DNA of 59,694 nt from IMG/VR virus record IMGVR_UViG_3300017991_000122, positions 1 to 59,694 of that record. The stretch is one strand, 5' to 3'. The DNA comes from a virus. Lineage: Duplodnaviria > Caudoviricetes. Numbering within the stretch: the first letter of the stretch is position 1; each line of letters begins with the position of its first letter. The translations under genes were made by a program, and so were the position numbers. Shown here piece after piece: positions 52,363-59,694 of this stretch. A model generated the notes under the pieces. It was given only the letters and a program-made list of their open reading frames with translations. It had not been told where the DNA came from and did not search any database.

Positions 52363-52974
52363 CTATGTCTCGGGGCGAATCAGAATGAAGACTTCTCCGA
52401 CGACAGCATCATCGCTCCGTCGAATGAAGAGACCTTCCGTCGCTCCCGGTGTCGCCACGGCACTCGCGGTATCGCTGGCATCCGCACGCCCAGTGGCAGC
52501 GGAGTCCAGGGACGCCAAGAGGGTGCCGCCGCCTGCCGCCTGAGTCCGCACCTCGAGCGTGGAAGCTCCGACCGCCGTGACGATCTTAGCCCACGCGTCG
52601 ATGACGCGGAACTTGAACGGAAGCTGCCCGACCGCCTTCACCTCGACGTCGTCCGGAGAACCGCCGCCGCCAGCGACGAGTGCGGCACGGATCACGGAGC
52701 CAGCCGAGAAAGCGTCGGCAGCCGCCACCGGAGCGATGTCCTGAGCTTCGATAGCGTCGGGAGGGGCTTGGAGTCCCGATCCGAGCTCGGCCGCTGAGTA
52801 GACGACCGCAAGAGATACCTTGCCATCGGCCATCGCAGATTGAAGAGCTCGCATACGGGGAAGGTCTGAGGCCGACCTCTGCACGTCGATCGACGAGTTC
52901 GCCGGAACCTCCGTGTAGAGATCAGCCAAGTAGACGGCTTCTGCCGTCAGGTTTGTGATCGTTAGCGTCGCCAT
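52363..52974 (-). CDS. Virion structural protein
   Basis: SD GGAGG; N-terminus similar to the adjacent gene. Confidence 0.75.
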   Translation of the reverse strand: MATLTITNLTAEAVYLADLYTEVPANSSIDVQRSASDLPRMRALQSAMADGKVSLAVVYSAAELGSGLQAPPDAIEAQDIAPVAAADAFSAGSVIRAALVAGGGGSPDDVEVKAVGQLPFKFRVIDAWAKIVTAVGASTLEVRTQAAGGGTLLASLDSAATGRADASDTASAVATPGATEGLFIRRSDDAVVGEVFILIRPET

Positions 52975-53044
52975 CTTGCCTCCGTCTGAGAAACTGATTC
53001 ACGTCCTACCACTGCCCTACCTCAACGTCTAGGTAGGGTAGGGA

Positions 53045-53407
53045 TCAAGTCACGGCGCCGGTCGGGTCGTACCAGTCGGTACCGTCGCTGACGTTGGTGA
53101 AGCCGTCATCCGAGTTCCAGATGATGGTTCCAGCCGTCACAGCCGTGGGGAGCGGACGGTTGGCATCCGTGTGCACGGGCAGCCAATAGTACATGTCCGA
53201 GTCGAGGTTGCGAACTTCGACGGCGTCTCCCGCCTCGAGCGCAACTGCGACTGTGAGGCTGCCGGCTTCGATCAGAGCCTTGAGCCCTTGATCGTCCATC
53301 TGCGCAGGAGTGCGGCTCGTCGTCACCGTGCCGCCTGCTGCCAGGTTCTTGTAGAGGGCCGAGACGTAGAGGTCGGCGCCGCTCGCGTTCGTGAATGTGA
53401 CCTGCAT
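53045..53407 (-). CDS. Virion structural protein
   Basis: C-terminal TDANRP..GTIIWNSD..DGTDW fibre-type motif. Confidence 0.75.
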   Translation of the reverse strand: MQVTFTNASGADLYVSALYKNLAAGGTVTTSRTPAQMDDQGLKALIEAGSLTVAVALEAGDAVEVRNLDSDMYYWLPVHTDANRPLPTAVTAGTIIWNSDDGFTNVSDGTDWYDPTGAVT

Positions 53408-53456
53408 GATGTTTCTCCTACCGAAAGTCTGGGGTCAAGACGGGGAGCGAGTCAAC

Positions 53457-56120
53457 TCAGCCAATCGTCTGTTGCTGGAACCGGAAACGGACGAATTCAG
53501 CCGGTCGGTTCGGCGCCGCTCCAACGTCGATGATGACCTGCCCTGCCTCGATGGAGGACGCGTCGTTGTTCGTCTCGTCCACGATGACGAAGTACGCCTG
53601 GGAAGGCGACGCTCCGTAGAACAGACCCTCGTTGAAGAGGCCCTGCATGAACCCGTCGAGCTGCGCCTTGATGCGGGACCACAGTCCAGGCCCGTTGTTC
53701 TCGAAGACGATCCAGCCGGTCGCGTTGTAGACCGACTTCTCCATGAACATGAAGGTGCGCCGGGCGTTGATGTACCGCCACTCGCTCTCCTGCGACAGGG
53801 TCCGGACGCCCCACACCGCGAGACCCGTCTGCGGAGACGAGATGAGCGGGTTGACGCGATTCGGGTAGACGTAGTCGCGCTCGCCCTGCGACGAGACGTA
53901 CTCGAGACCGAGCAGGAAGGTGAGCGCTCCATCGACCGTACCACCGGGGGCCTTGCCAACGTTCTTGTTGCTGTCGGTCCGCGCGTAGATGCCCGCAATG
54001 TGCCCGAGGGGCGGCATCGTGAGGGGCCGGTTGTTCGCAAGCGGATCGGCAACCTTGACCCACGGCCAGTAGAGCGCGGCCCACTTGGAGAAGCGCCCGA
54101 GGTCGTAGCGGAACCAGTCCACAGCTTCCTGCGGGTCGGAGCCCTGGGGAACCGTCAGGATGATGAAGCGGTCGCCGCCCGAAGGCAGGTTGGCTCGAGA
54201 CTCGGCGTAGTCGAGCAGGTCGACCGTGACCACAGTGTCTCCCGCGAAGTCGGGAATGACCACCTGAAGGATCTCGTCGATCTCGTCGAACGCGTACAGA
54301 CCGCGCTTGTTCGCGATGAGGGTCGGAGCGGTGAACTCGCTGCGCGAGTAGGTGAGCCCCGTGAAACTGCCGTCCGAACCGGCCGTGTAGTGCACAGTGG
54401 CGAGCGAGTCGGTCCAGATCTTGGACGTGTCGCCGAACTGCTCTTCGCGGTTGGCTGCTTCGGCTTCCGTGTAGAAGGTCGCCGTGACGAGCGTGCCGCC
54501 TTCGATCGCTTCGTCGGTCTTGAAGTTTGCGACGCCGGTCGCGTAATCGATCTCGTTCGGTCCGATGGTGACACCGCCGACCGTGATGGAGGTCGCGTAC
54601 GTCGAGTCCACGGCACCGACCAGGTTGCCAGCTCCGTCGTCCGTGATGGACAGCGCGCCGGACGTGATGCCCGTGTAGCTGATCGTGACCGAACGGGGGC
54701 CGACTTCCAGACCCTGTCCCGACAGGTAGGTCGGAAGCAGGACCGCACCGAGCGTGCCGCCGAAGGTCTGCCCCGCCGCGAGCTCGTCGCCCCCACCCAG
54801 GACCGTCGTGACCGAAAGGCCGTCCAGGGAACCGGGGTGCTCGTCGGCTCCGGGGGTGTCCACCTGGATGTAGTCGGACAGTTCGTTGATGACGTCGGGG
54901 AAGTACTGCGCCGCCGTGGAATCCGAGAAGTCGAGCTCCTCGTACGTTTCGACGACGTCGAAGGCTCCTGTCGAGGCGTTGTACTCGAGCACGAGCATGT
55001 CGTGCTTGGAGTAGGACTGCGTGGCCGCCGTGAAGTTGTCCAGATTGCCCGAGACACGCACCTTGACGTCGTCTGCCCACGCTCCCTTGGAGATGGGGTC
55101 GAGGCTCCAAGCCGCGATGAAGTAGGTGCACAGCAGAGGAGCTGCCTTGTGGGGAGCGGCTGCCGTCGTGAAGGAGTACGAACCGTCGTTGTAGTCGATC
55201 GTGCCTGGGGCAGCGAGAGCGCCTGCGGTCACATCGACGAGAGCGCCTGCGCCGTCGTCGGCGATCGACTTCGTGGTCGTGGTCGGGGTGAAGTCACCCG
55301 TCAGAGCGATGCCCACACCACCGATGACCGGAATCTCGGCCGCGCCGAACTTGATCGAGCCGCGCCCGGTCGCGTAGTCGAACGTCAGGACGGAACCAGA
55401 AGCGTTCGTGAACGTCGCGGTCGTGCCGCTGACAGGAGCTCCGACCGCGATGGTCGCGGGAGTCGCGCCGTCGAAATCGTAGTTGAGCGTGAAGCCTGCG
55501 GTGTCGGGGACAACCGCGAACTGCTCGAGGTCGCCTTCTGCTTCGGCAGGGATGGAAGCAGGAGCGATGCGGAATTCGTACGACGCCTGTCCGGTGACGT
55601 TCACGATGCCCGCCGAGTCGTCACGATCGCGCAACGGGTCGGTCGTGACGGGAGTGCCCGTCTCGCGCCAGCGGATGCCGAAGGACGCCACGGCGCCGGT
55701 CGCCGAGCTCTTGCCGACGACGGGGGTCGCACCGGAGTTGACCTTCAGGGTCGTGGTGCCTGCCGTCTTGGAGAACGCGACGACGACGTTGTCGCCCGTC
55801 TCGATCTGCTGATCGTACTGCTTGCTCTGCAAGTCGGCGTCGGCCTCGACCGCGTCGGAGGGAACGACACGAACAACGAACGCGCGACGACCGCCGTTGG
55901 CGAAGAACGCCAAGACGGACAGAGGCAGGAAGGAGTTGCGGGTGAGGGCACCAAACTTCTTGTAGAACTGATCCGACGATGTCACCAGGGTGGCTTCGTC
56001 GGTCGGTCCCTTCGAAGTGAAGCCCACGATGCCCATGTTCGACGTCGAGACGGCTGCAATCGTCTGAACGGCGCTCGGCACCTCTTCGATGAATACACCA
56101 GGGGAAAGAAACTCTGCCAC
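53457..56120 (-). CDS. Contractile tail sheath protein
   Basis: MAEFLSPGVFIEEVPS..YWPWVKV..PPLGHIAGIYARTD..WGVRTL..PAEFVRFRF. Confidence 0.96.
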   Translation of the reverse strand: MAEFLSPGVFIEEVPSAVQTIAAVSTSNMGIVGFTSKGPTDEATLVTSSDQFYKKFGALTRNSFLPLSVLAFFANGGRRAFVVRVVPSDAVEADADLQSKQYDQQIETGDNVVVAFSKTAGTTTLKVNSGATPVVGKSSATGAVASFGIRWRETGTPVTTDPLRDRDDSAGIVNVTGQASYEFRIAPASIPAEAEGDLEQFAVVPDTAGFTLNYDFDGATPATIAVGAPVSGTTATFTNASGSVLTFDYATGRGSIKFGAAEIPVIGGVGIALTGDFTPTTTTKSIADDGAGALVDVTAGALAAPGTIDYNDGSYSFTTAAAPHKAAPLLCTYFIAAWSLDPISKGAWADDVKVRVSGNLDNFTAATQSYSKHDMLVLEYNASTGAFDVVETYEELDFSDSTAAQYFPDVINELSDYIQVDTPGADEHPGSLDGLSVTTVLGGGDELAAGQTFGGTLGAVLLPTYLSGQGLEVGPRSVTISYTGITSGALSITDDGAGNLVGAVDSTYATSITVGGVTIGPNEIDYATGVANFKTDEAIEGGTLVTATFYTEAEAANREEQFGDTSKIWTDSLATVHYTAGSDGSFTGLTYSRSEFTAPTLIANKRGLYAFDEIDEILQVVIPDFAGDTVVTVDLLDYAESRANLPSGGDRFIILTVPQGSDPQEAVDWFRYDLGRFSKWAALYWPWVKVADPLANNRPLTMPPLGHIAGIYARTDSNKNVGKAPGGTVDGALTFLLGLEYVSSQGERDYVYPNRVNPLISSPQTGLAVWGVRTLSQESEWRYINARRTFMFMEKSVYNATGWIVFENNGPGLWSRIKAQLDGFMQGLFNEGLFYGASPSQAYFVIVDETNNDASSIEAGQVIIDVGAAPNRPAEFVRFRFQQQTIG

Positions 56121-56123
56121 GGC

Positions 56124-56465
56124 TTACCTCGCTCTCTTCGTGGTCCGCTTCTTCGTGGTCGGCTTCGGGCTGGGAGTTGCGGTGGCCTCCTCACCCTCAT
56201 CCGCTGGTGTCTCCACCACGGTCTTTGCCTCTGGTACCGGCTCGGGTGCCGGCGCTGCTTGCGGGACTGCCTCGGGGACAGGTTCAGGTTCAGGACGAAC
56301 GGGCCGCTTGTGCAGTTGACCCTTCTTCACAGCTCGGATGACGCCGGCCGTCGACTCGTCCTTGGGGGAGATCTCCACCCAAGTTCGGGGCATCACGACG
56401 ATGGAAGTGCCCTTCCTGAGATTGAGGGCCAACGGTCCCCGTGTCTTGTTGTAGTAGTGGCCCAT
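56124..56465 (-). CDS. Hypothetical protein
   Basis: SD; Pro/Glu-rich tail. Confidence 0.7.
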   Translation of the reverse strand: MGHYYNKTRGPLALNLRKGTSIVVMPRTWVEISPKDESTAGVIRAVKKGQLHKRPVRPEPEPVPEAVPQAAPAPEPVPEAKTVVETPADEGEEATATPSPKPTTKKRTTKRAR

Positions 56466-56477
56466 ATCTCCCTTACC

Positions 56478-57212
56478 TTATAGCGGCTTGAGGTTCATGG
56501 TCAACGATTGGGTCACGGTCGGGTACGTTCTCGGCTCGGCCAGATCCAGTTCGGCCTCGACCCGAAGAGTTACACCAAAACCGATGACACGTTCCGCGAC
56601 CTCGGGGTGCTCGTCGAGCACCGCCGTGCTCTCCGTGAACACGTGGTACTCCCTAGGGTCGCCGATGCTGTCCTGCACCGTCACCGCAGCGTACGGAGGG
56701 TAGGTCCGAAGGATGTGCTGAAGCACCTTGTGGACCTGCCCACGCTGCCCGATCGCGCCCCTGTAGTGGGCCAGGACCGAAATGGTGTAGGTGATGTCGA
56801 ACGGCACGGCTTGTTGGGCTTCCTCCATGCGGGAGTAGCCGGTCTGCGTCCCATACACGATGGGGACTCCGATGGCCGCAGGCGTCCGGTAGACCGTGTT
56901 GCCTGGATGCCATCGTTCGTTGGCAGGAGAAATGTCGTCACGCCGGATGAGCACGAGCGGGAGCACGTAGCTCTTGAACTCGGCCTCGGGGAACGAGAAG
57001 GTGACGAGCACTCCTGGCTTGCCAGGGGGAGGGTCGATGCCGTCGATCGTCAACCAGTAGCGTTGGTTCTCGATGAACGCTCCGAGCGTCTCGACGATGC
57101 CTCGGTCGAAGTCACGGAGCTCGACAGTGCCAGACTGATCCTGACCCTTCGCCCGACGTAGCCTGCCCTCTTGAACAGCCGGAATGTCGGGATCTTTGAA
57201 GTCCCATGCCAT
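56478..57212 (-). CDS. Putative tail terminator/sheath stabiliser (gp15-like)
   Basis: LRDFDRGI..LPLVLIRR..VPFDITYTI; position before the sheath. Confidence 0.6.
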   Translation of the reverse strand: MAWDFKDPDIPAVQEGRLRRAKGQDQSGTVELRDFDRGIVETLGAFIENQRYWLTIDGIDPPPGKPGVLVTFSFPEAEFKSYVLPLVLIRRDDISPANERWHPGNTVYRTPAAIGVPIVYGTQTGYSRMEEAQQAVPFDITYTISVLAHYRGAIGQRGQVHKVLQHILRTYPPYAAVTVQDSIGDPREYHVFTESTAVLDEHPEVAERVIGFGVTLRVEAELDLAEPRTYPTVTQSLTMNLKPL

Positions 57213-57218
57213 TCAGGA

Positions 57219-57638
57219 CTAGTCCTTCTTCTTCATCTCCCGCGCCTTCTGAAGCACCTCACCCGCGAACATGCAGGTCTTCGCGATGCCCAGCCACTCG
57301 GCCATCTGCTCGTCGGTCGCATCGTCGTCGGGGATGGTGGGCATCTTGCCTTCGTCCTCGAGCGTGGCCGCCGCGTTGAACACGAAGTTCATCGCTTCCT
57401 CGTCGCTGTAGTCGTACTCGATGGTGAGCAGATCGGCGATCTCGGACAGGTAGAGGTCCAGCGTGTCGCCCACGTCAGACGGGTTCACGGCACCGCCGTC
57501 ACCCGCTGCCGCGTCGGCAGTGGAGTCGCCGCCCACGTCGGGCGGGGTATCCGGACCAGAAGCGACGACGTCTTCCTCGCCATCCTCTTCGATCACCAAA
57601 CGTACACTCTCGAGAATCCCATTGAGACGCCTGTTCAT
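57219..57638 (-). CDS. Acidic hypothetical protein
   Basis: SD GGAG. Confidence 0.7.
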   Translation of the reverse strand: MNRRLNGILESVRLVIEEDGEEDVVASGPDTPPDVGGDSTADAAAGDGGAVNPSDVGDTLDLYLSEIADLLTIEYDYSDEEAMNFVFNAAATLEDEGKMPTIPDDDATDEQMAEWLGIAKTCMFAGEVLQKAREMKKKD

Positions 57639-57653
57639 TGTCTCCTCCGAACG

Positions 57654-58478
57654 TCAGGCACGGATGCCCAACCGCTTCTGAAACCCTTCGTATTTCTTGG
57701 CTTGGCCGATTCTAACCTTCCTTGGTGTCCGAGTCGGCCATTTTCTCCACCGGTTGAATTCGGACCGCTCGAGCGCCTTCCTCAAGTCCCGGTCCTGCAT
57801 GGAGATCTGCTTCAGTCCTCTCTTCTTGAGGGAGAGGATAGCAGGTTTCCAGTGAGGCTTGGCATCCGGTCCCAGTCCGAGCTCCAACTTGATCCCCTCG
57901 AGCGAGACGACCGGAAGAGCTTTGACCTTGGGAGACACCTTCAACCCGTGGTCTTTTCGAATCTTGCGCACGCCCGCCTTCGCGAGCTCCCGCTTCCACT
58001 CGTCGTGCTTCTGCCTCGCCTCGGCGACCTTCTTGACCTCGCTCTTGGATGCGCTCCTCGAGAGCACGGTCGCCACCCGCTTGCTGGGCATGAAGGGGAT
58101 GGTGTCGGGAGTCCACGGACTGTGCTTGATCAACACCTGGACCGAGTCGGGCGTGCGGCGTTGCCTTCGGTTCGGCTTCACATACAAGAGCGTCTTCGCG
58201 CCCTTGACCTTCTTGACCTTCACGCGCTTGGTGTCCACGGCGACAACGAAGGCGTCTTCGCCTGCTCCCAGTCCGGTCACCTTCGCGACGTCCAGCGACT
58301 TCTTGTACTTGCCCATGCTCGAGGGAATGCGAGCGAGCAGGTCGGCGAGCGTCCACGATGCTGCCTGGTACGTGACCTGCGCCCGGAGTTTGCGGCCGCG
58401 CTCGGGCCACTCCCGCATGAGCTGGTCCAGATCACGCACCTGCGGTGACTTCATCTTGATCTGGACGAGAGACCTCAT
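57654..58478 (-). CDS. Basic hypothetical protein (possible tail completion)
   Basis: ATGA coupling; LELGLG..KPHWKPA. Confidence 0.65.
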   Translation of the reverse strand: MRSLVQIKMKSPQVRDLDQLMREWPERGRKLRAQVTYQAASWTLADLLARIPSSMGKYKKSLDVAKVTGLGAGEDAFVVAVDTKRVKVKKVKGAKTLLYVKPNRRQRRTPDSVQVLIKHSPWTPDTIPFMPSKRVATVLSRSASKSEVKKVAEARQKHDEWKRELAKAGVRKIRKDHGLKVSPKVKALPVVSLEGIKLELGLGPDAKPHWKPAILSLKKRGLKQISMQDRDLRKALERSEFNRWRKWPTRTPRKVRIGQAKKYEGFQKRLGIRA

Positions 58479-58960
58479 GGCTTCAGCAAGTCCTCGACCT
58501 TGAACTCCCGGCCGTCTTGCTCTGCCCACTCCATCTCGGTTTCGATGATGACGTCGATGAGCCGTTTCATGGGCTTGACCAGACGCGTGACCGGGACGAG
58601 CTCGCCTTCCTTGCGTACCAGGATGGGAGGAACCTGACCAGCTCCCTCGGCCTTGAGCTCGACGAGCATCTTCAGGTGCGCATCGCAGACACCGATCTGC
58701 CGATGGCGGTTGACCACCCGCACGTGGTTGGTTGCCGGGTCGCCGCACACGAAGCAGAACTTCGCGAACGCCTCGTCGGTCATCGCGCCCTTGTAGTTGT
58801 GGAAGTCGTCGCCCGCGATGGGAGAACCGCATGCGTGGCCTAGACAGGCGTCTCCTGGGATTCCCCGGTCACGTGCCTCCCAATACCGTACGCACGTCGA
58901 GCAAACCGCAGAGAGGCCCCCTGCGGTCGCCGCCTTCATCATCTGAACCGGAACGGTCAT
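58475..58960 (-). CDS. Cys-rich zinc-binding protein
   Basis: CSTC, C..C, CFVC, CDAH. Confidence 0.7.
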   Translation of the reverse strand: MTVPVQMMKAATAGGLSAVCSTCVRYWEARDRGIPGDACLGHACGSPIAGDDFHNYKGAMTDEAFAKFCFVCGDPATNHVRVVNRHRQIGVCDAHLKMLVELKAEGAGQVPPILVRKEGELVPVTRLVKPMKRLIDVIIETEMEWAEQDGREFKVEDLLKP

Positions 58961-58967
58961 CTGAAAC

Positions 58968-59567
58968 TCACGTCTGGTTGAGGACGCGTCGCTCCGGAGT
59001 GAATTCGGTGCGACGCGCGATGTCGAGAGTGAAGCCGGTGAAGTCGGGACCGTCGAAGGGGTAGCCCGTCTCCTGCGCCTGCGTCACGTCGAAGAAGTAG
59101 CCGGCGTTGGGGATGTTCGAGTCGACGCCTTGAGCGAACTGGTCGAAGTGGGGGATCTGCCACACGCGAATGACGTCCCCCTCCTTCGGGGCCATGATGA
59201 AGTTGGCGTTCTCCACCGAGAGTCGGGACAGGAAGAGCTTCCCGGTCCAGATGATGCGAGCGCCTTCCTCACGCACCTCGAAAGCCTGCTCGGGCCAGTC
59301 GAGGTTGCCGGTGAGCTTGTAGGGGCCGTGCCAGACGCGCTCCTCGGGCTCGTTGTAGAGCGGGTCGAGCTGCGACTTCTCGAGGTCTTGACTCCAGTAG
59401 GTCACCTCGGTGCCCGACGCTTCCGACTGCTCCTTCGTCCAGATGGCGAACAGGTCCGTCTGGTTGCAGTTCAGATCGAACTTGCAGGCCGGCTTCACGA
59501 TCGGGCACACATCGAGGCGAAGGGGTTCGACCTTGCATGCGCATGTGCCGCACTTCACCTTCGCCAT
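58968..59567 (-). CDS. Putative neck/head-closure protein (gp14-like)
   Basis: DPLYNEP..PKEGDVI; follows a gp13-like gene. Confidence 0.6.
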   Translation of the reverse strand: MAKVKCGTCACKVEPLRLDVCPIVKPACKFDLNCNQTDLFAIWTKEQSEASGTEVTYWSQDLEKSQLDPLYNEPEERVWHGPYKLTGNLDWPEQAFEVREEGARIIWTGKLFLSRLSVENANFIMAPKEGDVIRVWQIPHFDQFAQGVDSNIPNAGYFFDVTQAQETGYPFDGPDFTGFTLDIARRTEFTPERRVLNQT

Positions 59568-59593
59568 GTCGTCTCCTTAGCTTCGGGTTTGAC

Positions 59594-59694
59594 CTACCCA
59601 GTCGTAAACTTCATCGGGTAGCCGGTCAGCATGATCTCTTCGTTGAGCTTCTCGAGCATGGCGTTGGCCTCGCTGAGGAGCACGTCCCCGTTGA
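59594..59694 (-). CDS. C-terminus of neck protein (T4 gp13-like), truncated
   Basis: NGDVLLSEANAMLEKLNEEIMLTGYPMKFTTG*. Confidence 0.65.
   Translation of the reverse strand, partial: NGDVLLSEANAMLEKLNEEIMLTGYPMKFTTG

Noticed and set aside
21377-56120. Bacterial eCIS or tailocin locus
   Set aside because: Neck genes, a long tape measure, GroES, the tRNA array and phage-type gene packing indicate a true phage
9635-56483. Long plus-strand ORFs (e.g. 9635-11530, 27402-29426, 36230-38467, 53391-56483)
   Set aside because: Antisense shadows of high-GC minus-strand genes, with no recognisable motifs

Overview
This is a ~60 kb segment of a large, high-GC myovirus (jumbo-phage-like), with almost every gene on the minus strand. 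Right part (~21-59.7 kb): a T4/eCIS-like contractile-tail morphogenesis module with neck proteins, sheath, two gp19-like tubes, a tail chaperone with a -1 frameshift, tape measure, hub, gp5/VgrG spike, gp25, baseplate wedge and fibres, plus a patatin. Middle (~13.5-21 kb): CHAP lysin, deoxyribonucleotidase, adenine MTase, GroES, a zeta-toxin-like kinase and probable head-internal proteins. Left (~2-13.5 kb): an array of 38 tRNAs that I folded by eye (19 amino acids, no Ser), interleaved with small ORFs, a 2H phosphoesterase and a Ro60/TROVE gene. Far left: HNH, a C5-MTase with an overlapping second frame, and a truncated tubulin/PhuZ-like gene. Two candidate novel systems stand out. (1) Five Y-RNA-like ncRNAs share one terminal stem. 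Four carry a tRNA mimic, each joined at a different point (acceptor, anticodon, variable loop, D-loop), and one is empty. (2) A 49-codon leaderless peptide containing all 20 amino acids heads the tRNA array. Its stop codon overlaps an antiterminator, suggesting an attenuator that senses general tRNA supply. All calls come from manual motif reading; no database searches were run.
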